A DNA stretch of 64,000 nt from an uncultured candidate division Zixibacteria bacterium (GTDB taxonomy: Bacteria; Zixibacteria; MSB-5A5; GN15; FEB-12). The notes under the pieces are model-generated. The model had not been told where the DNA came from, ran no database searches, and saw only the letters and a list, made by a program, of their open reading frames with translations. The stretch lies in assembly GCA_963664195.1 (NCBI GenBank), contig OY760907.1, positions 128,001-192,000 of the forward strand, in the 5' to 3' direction. Below are positions 29,511-40,204 of this stretch, in pieces. Both the position numbers and the translations under genes were made by a program. Positions within the stretch are counted from its first letter, which is position 1. Every line of letters begins with the position of its first letter.

Positions 29511-32312
29511 CTACCGCACCAGGATCAGTTTGCCCTTGGTATCCGTATTCTCCACGAACCAGAGATATGTACCGGAAGCGACTGGATTCCCTGTCTGGTT
29601 AGTTCCATCCCAGGCAACCTGTCCGCCGTCGATGTTGACCCAGCGTCTTACTACATCGCCGTTGACCGTCATCACTACCATGTCGGAACCGGTGGGCAGC
29701 TCGTTGAAAGTAACGTTGCCAACCGCGTCCGGCTGATACGGATTCGGGTAGGCGTACACCGACGGTTCCACAACAAAAGATAACGCCTCACTGTACGGCC
29801 CGTCGTTCACACGCGCCCGCCAGTAGTATGTGGGACCGACTTCCAATCGCGAAGCAACGGTCCAGGCTGTGGTCGTGCCTGTTTCTTGCGGCACCGCGGG
29901 AGACGTACTTGCCGGCGCCGTGAAGCTGGTATCGCGAGCAACCTGGTAATAATAGAGGTTCGCCGGATCGCTGTCAGCATTCACAACGATGAGTGTCGGC
30001 GTCGTTGAACTGACGGTCGAGTCATTGACCGGCGAGGCCAGGACCAACTGGGCGTCGTCATTGGTGGTCAGCGTATCTGAACCACCGGTCCCCGTCGTGT
30101 CGTCGCCTCCCGTTCCGATGCTCAGATAGGCTTCCTCGGACACAATGTTTGACAGGACCGACGCTCCGCCAGCCCAATCGTACGTACGCATGCCGAGAAA
30201 ATACGTGGTTCCCGGTTCCAGACCACTCACCACTGCCGACTGTATTGTTCCGGCCTGCAGGGGCTGCGGCGGGCTGCCGAATTGATCGGCAGCCGCCCAG
30301 TTGTTTTCGGTTATGAGGGCTTCGGAGTAACGGATGGCATACTCCGCAGCTATTCCCGTATTACCATCATCACCCGGCGCGGTCCACGTCAGACGGATTG
30401 CGCCGTCCGTTGTTCCCGGTGCTGCGCCAAGATCGTCGATTCCGGCAGGCGGAATGACATCTTCGACACCACCAACCGGAAGCGTGACGGTAGGAGACTC
30501 CGAGGTTGCATTAACCGTGATGCTGGTCACTACGCTGTCCGCCCCTTTCTTGCACTTCACTGAAAAACCGTTGAACTGCGTGGAGTCAGTCTGCGTACGA
30601 GACTCCCAGCGGTATGACACCGGGCCGGTGACGGTACCGGATGACCCGGTTACGCCGGTCAACACCGTCCGACCATAGTTGTTCGTCACCGTGACTTCCG
30701 CACCCGGCACCGGAAGGCCGTTATCACCGTTCACTTTCACCGAAAGCGTACGCTGAATAGCGATATCTGCTGTGCCTCCATTAGAGAACTCAACGTCCTC
30801 ATCGCTCGTGCCGTTCTGGTACACGATGTCACACGCGACATTCTCCGTGCAGTTCCAATCGTTGCTGAGATGGCCAAGGTAGAAAGTATGCGGGTCTATC
30901 GTGTTGGTGGCAAAGGCCACCGTGTCTCCGACAATCGTTACACCGGTTGGCCCCACGTCCTGTGATCCGACATCGCCGAACTTGTAGATCGTTCCGGAGC
31001 TGACAATATGATTGTACTCCAGTCGATAGGTATCAGGATAGTCGATACCGTCGAAAGTCACACCGTTGCAGGCCACCCCGGAGCCACTCAGACTGATGGC
31101 CCTGATCGTGTTATTCCTGATCAGAACATTCGTCTGGCCAGTGTTACAGGAAAGCCTGACCGGGTGAATACCCGTGCCGATGTCCTCCGTCGAGGGATCA
31201 TTGTCACCAGTACAGATAAACGTGTTATTGAGCACGTTGATGCGATGAGGGCTGTACCTGATACGAAGACCATGACTCGGCAGAGCGTCTCCGTACTCGA
31301 CATTCGGTCCCTCGTGAACATCAACCAGATTACCGCTGATGACAATCGGTTTCTCGTCAGTTCCCCAGCCATACTCGATCATGATGCCGCGATTGCCACC
31401 CCAGTTAGTACCGGAGGTCACCACGTTATCAACGATGCGGGCGCCGGGACCGGCGTGCCGGAAACAGATGCCATACGGATTCGAAGTCGAGTGACACAAA
31501 CCGTCGTTCGTCGGGTAAAACGAGTTTCTCGCGTCGGTCCTGACCGAACAGGCCTCGATCCAGGCCGTGCCGTAATGTTCACCGCCTTCACGACCGCGGA
31601 TGGCAATCCCCATGTGCGGTCCGTCGTCAATGGTCAGGTCCTTGATGTAGATATGATAGTCCGCGCCGTTGTCGGTCAGGCTCGTTGTGTACAGGTTAGT
31701 GACATCAACCACGCAGGCATCATAGTCACACCGACTGTCGAAGCCAGTCACATAGCTGGTGAAATGCCCACCCTCAATTCGGTCATTGTACACCTGGCTG
31801 CCCGCAGCATAGAAAACCTGCCCGTTGTAACCGCGCACGGTAGCAGTAACATCCTTGACCAGGATGTCATGTCCGCGAATGTCGATCGCCTGACAATCAT
31901 TCACAGTTGTGTCAGGCGTATTGTGGAGGATAAATCCGCCACGAATCTCAATCTCGTGCGGGTAGTAGCTACTGGTGCCGACTGTTCGGATACCGTAAAC
32001 GCCTCCACCGCCGCCCTCGCCATACGAAATAGTATCCGTACCGAGGTTCACAAGCACATTGGTGAGTTCGTTTCCGTACAACGCCTGCAACGTTATGCCG
32101 CTGCCGCTGGAACTCAGGCGAGTCCCCGCAAGGACAAGCGTATCCATAGCGTCTGATGAATGATCGTTGGCGTCAAACGTGTACGGCAATGACGTAATCA
32201 CGTGAGTTTCCGCCAACACTAAACAAGGAAAGACCAGTGTTGCCAGCAGGACGCACATGAGCGTCCGCATGACAGGTATCCCGCGTATTTTTCGATGGAG
32301 CCTAGTTACCAT
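29511..32312 (-). CDS. Secreted beta-helix protein with FN3 domain and T9SS/FlgD-type C-terminal domain
   Basis: GAGGAGG RBS; signal peptide; LTWTAPGDDG..YAIRYS FN3; YAYPNPY..WDGTN..VASGTY..GKLILVR C-terminus. Confidence 0.85.
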   Translation of the reverse strand: MVTRLHRKIRGIPVMRTLMCVLLATLVFPCLVLAETHVITSLPYTFDANDHSSDAMDTLVLAGTRLSSSGSGITLQALYGNELTNVLVNLGTDTISYGEGGGGGVYGIRTVGTSSYYPHEIEIRGGFILHNTPDTTVNDCQAIDIRGHDILVKDVTATVRGYNGQVFYAAGSQVYNDRIEGGHFTSYVTGFDSRCDYDACVVDVTNLYTTSLTDNGADYHIYIKDLTIDDGPHMGIAIRGREGGEHYGTAWIEACSVRTDARNSFYPTNDGLCHSTSNPYGICFRHAGPGARIVDNVVTSGTNWGGNRGIMIEYGWGTDEKPIVISGNLVDVHEGPNVEYGDALPSHGLRIRYSPHRINVLNNTFICTGDNDPSTEDIGTGIHPVRLSCNTGQTNVLIRNNTIRAISLSGSGVACNGVTFDGIDYPDTYRLEYNHIVSSGTIYKFGDVGSQDVGPTGVTIVGDTVAFATNTIDPHTFYLGHLSNDWNCTENVACDIVYQNGTSDEDVEFSNGGTADIAIQRTLSVKVNGDNGLPVPGAEVTVTNNYGRTVLTGVTGSSGTVTGPVSYRWESRTQTDSTQFNGFSVKCKKGADSVVTSITVNATSESPTVTLPVGGVEDVIPPAGIDDLGAAPGTTDGAIRLTWTAPGDDGNTGIAAEYAIRYSEALITENNWAAADQFGSPPQPLQAGTIQSAVVSGLEPGTTYFLGMRTYDWAGGASVLSNIVSEEAYLSIGTGGDDTTGTGGSDTLTTNDDAQLVLASPVNDSTVSSTTPTLIVVNADSDPANLYYYQVARDTSFTAPASTSPAVPQETGTTTAWTVASRLEVGPTYYWRARVNDGPYSEALSFVVEPSVYAYPNPYQPDAVGNVTFNELPTGSDMVVMTVNGDVVRRWVNIDGGQVAWDGTNQTGNPVASGTYLWFVENTDTKGKLILVR

Positions 32313-33138
32313 AAATCCTCCTCAACTATGCCTTCTCCTGGTTCCAGAAAAGCCAATTTCACAACATCTTGGTGCCCCGATGCTCCAGGGGGCGGCTGTA
32401 GTTTGAGCGTTCGAAATCGTATCATGTATGTAAAAGAATCGGCAGGTTTTATACAATCTGCCGCACTCAGCAATAAAGTTATTTCGTCGCCCGTTGTCAT
32501 CAACAACAATTCCTTCTTTTCGATTCTAGAAAGTTTGACGCAATTACGCATCGATTCCGTTAGGACTAAGCAATTCCGGCTCCCACTGGCGACCTTGAAT
32601 CAAATACCTAATGTCCTGTACAACAACACATTGCAAACGTTACAGTACTATACGGATCAACTTGCCGCAAGCGAGTGCTCAGATTCTGCACAGCATTCCG
32701 CTTTGTCAATATCTGGCAAGAACTTGGCCCATGCCCTACAATCGTACAATGCACAGTCAGGAAACCGCGAAACGACGTAAGCACAATGTCGAAAGGATGC
32801 CAATCACTGCTCGACGACCAATCCCCGGTTTGCCTCCACCTCCAGATTGCAGAACTGCTATTGTCTCGAGTTTCTCCGGTCGGTTCCTGTAGATGCCGGA
32901 TGACGGTATCGTGGAAAGGAACGGTGTGGCGCGCGACCGAAGTTGGAAATTCTCTGATCCGATTTCCCGGAATCAGCGCGGCGAGCTTCTCTGTCACGGC
33001 GCTTCTGGGAACAGGTTTGAGTGTACTTATCCAGGAAACTACGTGCTGTGTCTGGCAACCATACGATTATCAGAGCAGCAAGTAATGTCATGAAGGCTTA
33101 ACCGGACTCGGCTGCTGTTGGAGACCCCGCAGAAGTAA

Positions 33139-33931
33139 TCACAAAGAGAGACTACGATTTAGTACCATTTGAGTAATTGGAGGGATATCTGAACTCCGCA
33201 ACTCAGCCGAGTCTCTTTTTAACTCGGAATAATTCATCCGGTTTAAAGAAAGCATGTATCGCAAAAAAGAGCAACCGAAGGCCATTAGCAATTCTCTGGT
33301 CTCGGTAGCAGCATCATCCGTAAGGATATTATAATAGACTTTCTCATATATTAGACTTCCAGCAAAATACCCTATGTAAGACAATGGCAGAACAGGAACT
33401 GCGAATTTCTGAATCAGCTCCTTACCCTTTTTGAATAGTGAAATTCCCGGTAATAAAAAGCCTACTACCAACATAAATATGGACAACAGTCCTGTGTGTA
33501 TCCCATTCAGATACTCCATCCTGGATTTGTGTCAAATTGTGAAGATTAAACTCGTTCTGTGCATTTAGATTTCTAACAGCCTCAGGCGTATCAAAATGAA
33601 AATACCACTGTCCCCAACTGGCTTCTTCACCCATGAAAAGAAACATTAAAGCCGCCCACGCGATTATGAAGAAATACTGCCACTTCCCATCTCTGGACTT
33701 CAGAAACTCACTCCGTCGAGCACCTAGAATGAACCCCAGACAGGACAATCCCAAAAACACTGCTGTGAGAATTTCAACCAGACCGTCTTCATAAGATTGT
33801 CTTCCCAGTGTAGTGGGGCTAACTTGAGCCCAAATCACGAAAAGCGCGACTATTCCTAGAGCAACTATATTACCAATAAGAAATTCCTTGAGGTCAAAAC
33901 TTCTTAGATCAGTAAATTTGTCAGAGTCCAT
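33139..33931 (-). pseudogene. Integral membrane protein (EEASWGQ..NAQNEFNLHN family) broken by two compensating frameshifts
   Basis: An extra base near 33490 and a missing base near 33275. The corrected frame ends LLFFAIHAFFKPDELFRVKKRLG-TGA (33205-33203), in frame with ATG 33931. AT-rich. Confidence 0.65.
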
Positions 33932-34193
33932 TTGTCATATCCTTTATCTATCAGGTTTGATCTGCACGTCGTCAGAGCAATCAGTCTATGTATCTGTCCG
34001 TTTCGCGGCAAACATTGTATAGAAGTGAGCGCGGTAATCATGACCGCAAAGAATATCAATGTTATTGCCGGACAAATACTCCCTGAAAATGATAACATCG
34101 GTCATTTCACCTTTGGCAGACTTCGCGCCACAACGAAGCTGTTTCTCCAACCCGCTATGGAAATGCGATGCGCGAGGATGCGAGGCTATCAAA

Positions 34194-35378
34194 TTAGTCT
34201 TTGCTCTCTCTGTCAGTGCGAACCCAGCTCAACTTCCCTGACTTGAATACTGCGGTCAATTGTATGAAGAGAAACCACAAACCATAGATGGGTATGAACA
34301 GCAAAGCCTTGAAAGCCTCTTGTTTCTCATCCATATAGAAAATGCCAGAAATGTTATAGACGATAATGAGTCCAATCAGAGATAGGCACCAATACACAAG
34401 CAGTAGTTGATGAGCCGGACCTGTGAAAACACAAAACAATAGAATCGCGGAAGTAATATAAATTAATAACGGTCTACTAAGAAGTAGGAATGAAAATCCC
34501 AATTCAATCAACTCGGGTCTTCTCTTCTTGATCCCATGACAAACGAGCCCAAATACCTTTTCCTTAATTAGTTGTATAGTGCCGCTTGCCCATCTAAGTT
34601 TCTGGCTTGATGATTGCTTGAACGAAGAGGTAGCGGCTGAAAGCACAGAGCTATTCATATTAAAATCTATGGTAACACCGGCTTTAAGAAGATTGACTGC
34701 ATAATCTACATCTTCTGTTATTGAGAATGAATCCCAGGGATGTTCTATTAGTATTTCTGATTTCATGGCCATTCCGTTACCACGTAACAAAATCGGCAGT
34801 TTCATTATACTGCGAGCATTATAGAATAGAATGTTCTCTGCAACGCTTGCCATGTGCATTAAGTAGGATAGACTGTTTTTCTTTTTTGCTATAAATCCAT
34901 AATACAGTTGGACGGCCCCGGCACCATTTTCAAATGATTGTGCCATCGCATGTAACATATTGCTCTTCACGATAGTATCTGCATCGACAATTACGACTGC
35001 ATCAAATTGCGTTAGATCAAGTTGAGCCATGGCCCAATGCAGAGCGTGCCCTTTTCCTCGTTCGTTTTCACTGAATCTCTCAAGGACCTTCATATTGTTC
35101 GATCTGACAATATCTGCTGTTTTGTCGTCACAATTGTCAGCGATAACAACGATTTCAATCTTACCGTGCGGTTCGAGTTCATTTAGGCTGTGCAAAGTCG
35201 TCTCGATATCTTGTTCTTCATTGTGAGCAGGAACAAGTATGAGGAAATCGTATTGTCTTGAAATCTCCGGATAGCTCCTTGCTTTCGTAATCCCAATGAG
35301 AGCAAGGAAGCAAAGATATACAACCGCAATTGATACCGGGATCAACAGAAATAATATTATGTAGTCTATTATGAGCAT
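34194..35378 (-). CDS. Glycosyltransferase family 2 (membrane, CESA-like)
   Basis: LVPAHNEE, IADNC.D, GKG.AL, IVDADT, TED, QKLRWASG; N- and C-terminal TM helices; AT-rich. Confidence 0.93.
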   Translation of the reverse strand: MLIIDYIILFLLIPVSIAVVYLCFLALIGITKARSYPEISRQYDFLILVPAHNEEQDIETTLHSLNELEPHGKIEIVVIADNCDDKTADIVRSNNMKVLERFSENERGKGHALHWAMAQLDLTQFDAVVIVDADTIVKSNMLHAMAQSFENGAGAVQLYYGFIAKKKNSLSYLMHMASVAENILFYNARSIMKLPILLRGNGMAMKSEILIEHPWDSFSITEDVDYAVNLLKAGVTIDFNMNSSVLSAATSSFKQSSSQKLRWASGTIQLIKEKVFGLVCHGIKKRRPELIELGFSFLLLSRPLLIYITSAILLFCVFTGPAHQLLLVYWCLSLIGLIIVYNISGIFYMDEKQEAFKALLFIPIYGLWFLFIQLTAVFKSGKLSWVRTDRESKD

Positions 35379-36106
35379 GCTCTACCAATGATCTACCTTC
35401 CAAACGTTACATGAGACTAATATACGTTAGAGGTATTCCATTTCTACGTCTTCAAACACTTCGGACATCGGTGGTTGAAAACTAAGACACAGTCTGTTCT
35501 TATGCAATCGCCTTTTTGTAGTTTCTTCTTCTTAGTTCCATTGTTCGTTCTTTGATTCGATGTCTATCCTCGACTATCCTGTCATTGCGACTTCTATTAA
35601 CATCTGGCGGAATGCAGTTTTTCAACGACTCATGATACGGTTCGTTGTCGCTGTGCACCACATAGTTCTCAATCTAAACGTTCAACTTAGCCGGCGATTA
35701 GCAATGGTCCGACAACAGGATATCCCTCGTCGAACGGATTTACTGCTCGATCCTGCCCTGAGCCATGGAATGATACGGCCGGCCCGGAGGCGACTCAGCG
35801 ATGGCCAGACCAATCCTTTCGATTACATCTTCGGTCGACATCCTGGTACGGAGCTTCTGTGGCAGGATGCGCAGAGGGTAGTCTTCAAGCACTGTTGCCG
35901 GATAGTAGCAACTTCTGCGGATCACTTTCAGATGTGCAAATCGGCACTCAGCACAGCAAAGTTGGAACCGGTGATCAGATCGTTTGCCTTTGACCTTCAG
36001 GCCGCACTGGGGACTGGTGATCTCCTCCAATTGACGAAGGCGGAGTTGAAACGCAAATAAACGACCTTGCTGAATTCCTCCGCTCTTGGCATATTGCAGA
36101 AACGAT

Positions 36107-37003
36107 ATGGATGACATCAGGCAAAGCGAAAGACAAAACGTGACCAACTGCTTTCATGTTTCAGACCTGCACGGGTTCAAATCTCTCTATCTGAAACTGT
36201 TCTCGGCGATCGAACAGGACCGTCCGAAAGTCGTCTTCCTGGGTGGCGACCTGCTGCCTCACGGTTTCAACAGCTACAACGATCCAAGCGACGGCCCGGG
36301 AGGATTTCTGGGAGGCTTTCTGGCCGACAGACTCACCGGGCTGCGCGAGGAATTGGGGAGCGACTATCCGGAGATTCTTGTCATTCTCGGGAACGATGAT
36401 CCCCGTGCCAAAGAAATCCGTGTGAAGGAAATCGAGGCTCTGGGAATCTGGAAATACATCCACAACCGACGCCTGCAAGTTGGTGACTTCACGATCTACG
36501 GATATGCTTGTGTGCCGCCCTCGCCGTTCCTGCTCAAAGACTGGGAACGATACGATATATCCCGATATGTTGACCCGGGGTGTGTCTCCCCGGAAGACGG
36601 CCGACGTTCGGTACCGGTCGAACCGCATGAATCGAAGTATAGGACTATTCAGCGGGATTTGGAGGCACTGACAGGCGACATCGACCTGTCGAGAAGCATC
36701 TTCTTGTTCCACACCCCTCCCTACCAGACAAACCTTGATCGGGCCGCGTTGGACGGCCAGATGGTCGATCATGTACCCCTGGACGTCCACATCGGATCAC
36801 AGGCGGTCAGGCGATTTATCGAAGCGCGGCAGCCGTTGCTCACGCTTCACGGCCACATTCACGAATCAACGAGGATTACCGGCCAGTGGCAGGACCGGCT
36901 CGGGAAGACACTCATGTTTAACGCCGCCACCGACGGTCCCGAGCTGTCAATTGTCAAATTCACGCTCGAGGATCCGGCTGCTGCGACTCGACTGCTGGTT
37001 TAG
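36107..37003 (+). CDS. Calcineurin-like metallophosphoesterase (Icc-related); start could be 36140
   Basis: SDLHG, GGDL, LGNDD, FHTPP, HGHIHE motifs. Confidence 0.9.
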   Translation: MDDIRQSERQNVTNCFHVSDLHGFKSLYLKLFSAIEQDRPKVVFLGGDLLPHGFNSYNDPSDGPGGFLGGFLADRLTGLREELGSDYPEILVILGNDDPRAKEIRVKEIEALGIWKYIHNRRLQVGDFTIYGYACVPPSPFLLKDWERYDISRYVDPGCVSPEDGRRSVPVEPHESKYRTIQRDLEALTGDIDLSRSIFLFHTPPYQTNLDRAALDGQMVDHVPLDVHIGSQAVRRFIEARQPLLTLHGHIHESTRITGQWQDRLGKTLMFNAATDGPELSIVKFTLEDPAAATRLLV

Positions 37004-37018
37004 CAGGCAATTCCGCTA

Positions 37019-40000
37019 CTACCTGATTCTCAGAGACCGGGCTGCGTCTGTTACAGCGCCAATCTTTGAAGCCCAACTGGTCTTCTTCTCGATGTCCGCG
37101 TCTGTGATTATATGTACGTCAAGTAGACCTTCGGACCTGTAACCGGTCTGCATGTAATTCGTCTCGGCAAGACTGAGGCTCCAGCCCTGCAACCAGGCTT
37201 CCATTATCTCGCGCTGATTGCTGTCTCCGCGGAAATGCACGAGCAGATCAATATCACTGGCCGGCCCGGCATTGGCATTTTTCGTGCTGCCGAACACGTA
37301 CAGATTCACCACTCCGAATTTATCAGCGTCGATCTCGTCTGCAATGCGCTCCACCATCTGCAACCGCCAACGCCAGAAATGATCGCTGGTGACGAGTTCC
37401 TCAACCCGAGGCATCGGTACGGCATCGGTCGTCTGCGACGGCAGCGCCAGAATGCCCATCGCTTGATCAAGCTCCGCGTTCATCAAGACTCTCAGGACTC
37501 TTCCCTGAGTCTCGTGAGGGATATCTATCAAGCGCACGGTATCAGCAAGTGCCGCATACTCAGGCGCCATCTCCGTCAGCAGATTGTCCGCCTTGAGCAG
37601 GAACGAGGTGTTCAAGTATCCGTCGTCGTCGTCAGGATAGAGTGGCAGATATCGAATATCCGCCTCCACCAGGTCCTGGAAAAAGTGTGTGCCAAACGAC
37701 AGATCCGGTACGTAGTTGCCCTTCCGCTGGGCAATCTCGATCAGGGCAGCCGTGTTGTTAATATCTGAGTACGTAACGCTGACACCGAGCTTAATGTCTC
37801 CCCGGCTTCCCCAGCGTCCCGGCCCCATGAGTATAAACCGATGTTTCGGCAGTAACTTGTTCAAGTGGCCCACCGCCCGACCGATTTCGAGCATCTCTGC
37901 CCGCGACGAAATCTCAGAATACCGTCTCGGGTCGACGTAGACAACATGCGAAATCTCTGGTACCCGGCCGTTGGAGACATACTTCGACGCGGAGAAGAGA
38001 ATCTGCTCTCTCGGCGTGCCCTTCGGAATCGGCGCCGGCGCCACGGTATCGGAATAGCTCTGCGAGCGGCACTGCAACAGATAGAAGTCTTTGCCGTCAA
38101 AAGCAAACTCGATATCCACCGGCTGCCCGAGCGTCTCCTGCAGCGTATCGAGTATCGCTTTCATCTGCCTAACAAACGGCGTCCTTGTCACAAGCCCGTC
38201 GAAAGTCGTTATCATGTCATCAGAACCGTAGTCCAGCGCCATGTAGGACGAGGTCCGAATATGATTATCGCTGTACACCGACACCATGTAGTCGACACCC
38301 GGAAGATCGGCTCCATCGGCCTTCAAGAATTCCGATATCTCTATCGTGTCGAACGAATTCGTTTCGAGATTGATGACATCCATCTTCCTCGGCGAGTATG
38401 CGGCTACTTCATCCGGGCTAGTGTTCACTCTCAGTCCCGGTTGTCCCGGAGCAATGAGCACCGGGTAGTCATCGGAGAGGCGATCCACCGCGCGCGTTCC
38501 CAACCCCGGCACAAGGCGGATCAAGCCGTCCTCACGACGAATGCGCGGCGACCAGCGAAACTCATTCTTGCTGAAAGCAACCCCCGCGAAAGTCGGCAGG
38601 AAATACTTGCCAACCCGGGTACCCACCACCTCCTGAATCATGATGCCCATCTCCTCGCCGAAATCAAGCAACCCGCGCTCTGAGCGATACTCTATCGGGT
38701 CCGGACCAAATGTCGACGCGTACACTTCTGCAATGGCATCCATGAGGGCTTCCAGCCGCTCACGTTTCGATCCCTGGTTGGCCAGAAACAAACTCTTGTA
38801 CTTCCCTGAAAAGACCGCACCGGTACCGTCTTCGAGAAGACTGGAGCTGCGCACGATCAACGGGCGGTTACCGAACTCATCAAGCGATGCCGACAACCCG
38901 TTGACGATATCTGCCGGAAAATGCGCACTCTTGAACGTCTGGACGATGTGCGGATACTCGAATCGGACCTGGTTCAGCGGCTTGTATTTCTGCTCCACGA
39001 CCTCGTCGAAATTGTTGTAATGCATGAAATGCAGAAGGACGTCGGAAGTGATGAAACACGTCTTCGGCACCCGCACGTTGCGCAGCAACGGTTCGCTCTG
39101 TGCTTTCCTCTTCAGAATCTGCGAGGCAAGATACATTCCAGCACTCTTGCCGCCCAGCTTGCCATGACTCTCGGTGGAAAAAATCACACGGTTGAGCAAG
39201 TGGTAGAAGTCGCCCACGTCGATGAAATGCTTGGCAACGTTGATATACTGCAACTGATCCGAGAGGAATCGGCGAATCAACGAGACTTCAATCCCACGTT
39301 TGTTCGGCGATTCAATGTCCGGTTCATCCTCGGCCAAATGGTGATAGCGACGAATTGCGTCTGCTACCGCCGACAGTGAGAGGTTGCGGTTGACTACCTG
39401 CACCAGGAACGAAAGCTTGTCTTCCTGAACCCACTTCTGAATCAGGCTCAGCGTTTCATCGTCGGAGATGTGTTCCGCGGCCATTTTGAATACCGGCTCG
39501 CTGATGTCGGCCGAGAGGTCAGATCTCACCTGACGAAAGGGCTGATTCCATTCGCCGCCGAGAAGTGCTTCTTCGGACTTATGTCGATCCGGCGTCAGTG
39601 TCTGCAACAGAGCGTCGGCTTCCGCAATACCCTTGAGGCAGAGATGATTGAGCATCTTGCGGGCTATGCTGAGATGCAGGCCCCGGTCCGTCTGACGAAG
39701 CATCTGCAACACAATTCGCCATTTTGCCTGACCGGTAAGACCACCTGTTTTCGAAACACCTTCCCATCTGGTAACAACCCGTCGCATTTCCTGATGCATG
39801 ATCCAGTGTCCCAGGCGCTCGGCGATTGTCCGGACCAGCTTGGCCTCTTCCTTGAGGAACGGCCCTTCATCCCATTCCGGGCGTTCCTCGGTGTAAAACA
39901 CCTCAATCTCGCCGACTTCATCCTCGCCCGCCACGATGGTAGCTCGCTGGACCCATTCGGACACCTCAAAACCGGCACTCTTGTAAACTTCGCCGTCCAC

Positions 40001-40204
40001 CTTGACTCTGGTCACACAGACGTCTGGATACTGCCAGCCGCAAGGAATTGCCATAACAATCCGCTCACAAATCGCCGAGAGCGACGCATCGGTATCGTTA
40101 AGTATCTCCTCGATTCGATAAAGGCAGTTAAGCTCGTTGGCTCGCTCCTGGAGCTGCTGAAGCAGTTTGTCGACAGATTTATCCCGTTTACGCCTGGCAT
40201 TCAT
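37019..40204 (-). CDS. GAF-like + PPDK_N (ATP-grasp) + putative His-swivel + C-terminal nucleotidyltransferase protein
   Basis: ERANELNCLY..GWQYP..GPFLKEE; LGGKSAG, VRSSSLLED, FSGKY, IQEVVG, DIEFA, LLQCR; GRWGS..SFGTHFF; VFGS..SDIDLLV. Confidence 0.85.
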   Translation of the reverse strand: MNARRKRDKSVDKLLQQLQERANELNCLYRIEEILNDTDASLSAICERIVMAIPCGWQYPDVCVTRVKVDGEVYKSAGFEVSEWVQRATIVAGEDEVGEIEVFYTEERPEWDEGPFLKEEAKLVRTIAERLGHWIMHQEMRRVVTRWEGVSKTGGLTGQAKWRIVLQMLRQTDRGLHLSIARKMLNHLCLKGIAEADALLQTLTPDRHKSEEALLGGEWNQPFRQVRSDLSADISEPVFKMAAEHISDDETLSLIQKWVQEDKLSFLVQVVNRNLSLSAVADAIRRYHHLAEDEPDIESPNKRGIEVSLIRRFLSDQLQYINVAKHFIDVGDFYHLLNRVIFSTESHGKLGGKSAGMYLASQILKRKAQSEPLLRNVRVPKTCFITSDVLLHFMHYNNFDEVVEQKYKPLNQVRFEYPHIVQTFKSAHFPADIVNGLSASLDEFGNRPLIVRSSSLLEDGTGAVFSGKYKSLFLANQGSKRERLEALMDAIAEVYASTFGPDPIEYRSERGLLDFGEEMGIMIQEVVGTRVGKYFLPTFAGVAFSKNEFRWSPRIRREDGLIRLVPGLGTRAVDRLSDDYPVLIAPGQPGLRVNTSPDEVAAYSPRKMDVINLETNSFDTIEISEFLKADGADLPGVDYMVSVYSDNHIRTSSYMALDYGSDDMITTFDGLVTRTPFVRQMKAILDTLQETLGQPVDIEFAFDGKDFYLLQCRSQSYSDTVAPAPIPKGTPREQILFSASKYVSNGRVPEISHVVYVDPRRYSEISSRAEMLEIGRAVGHLNKLLPKHRFILMGPGRWGSRGDIKLGVSVTYSDINNTAALIEIAQRKGNYVPDLSFGTHFFQDLVEADIRYLPLYPDDDDGYLNTSFLLKADNLLTEMAPEYAALADTVRLIDIPHETQGRVLRVLMNAELDQAMGILALPSQTTDAVPMPRVEELVTSDHFWRWRLQMVERIADEIDADKFGVVNLYVFGSTKNANAGPASDIDLLVHFRGDSNQREIMEAWLQGWSLSLAETNYMQTGYRSEGLLDVHIITDADIEKKTSWASKIGAVTDAARSLRIR

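Noticed and set aside
32330..33100. Several short ORFs and a weak GG-N10-GC sigma54-like site near 32715-32730
   Set aside because: No protein motifs, and the promoter match is too degenerate.
35560..36147. Overlapping 166-aa (+) and 135-aa (-) ORFs
   Set aside because: No RBS or recognisable motifs; neither can be supported.
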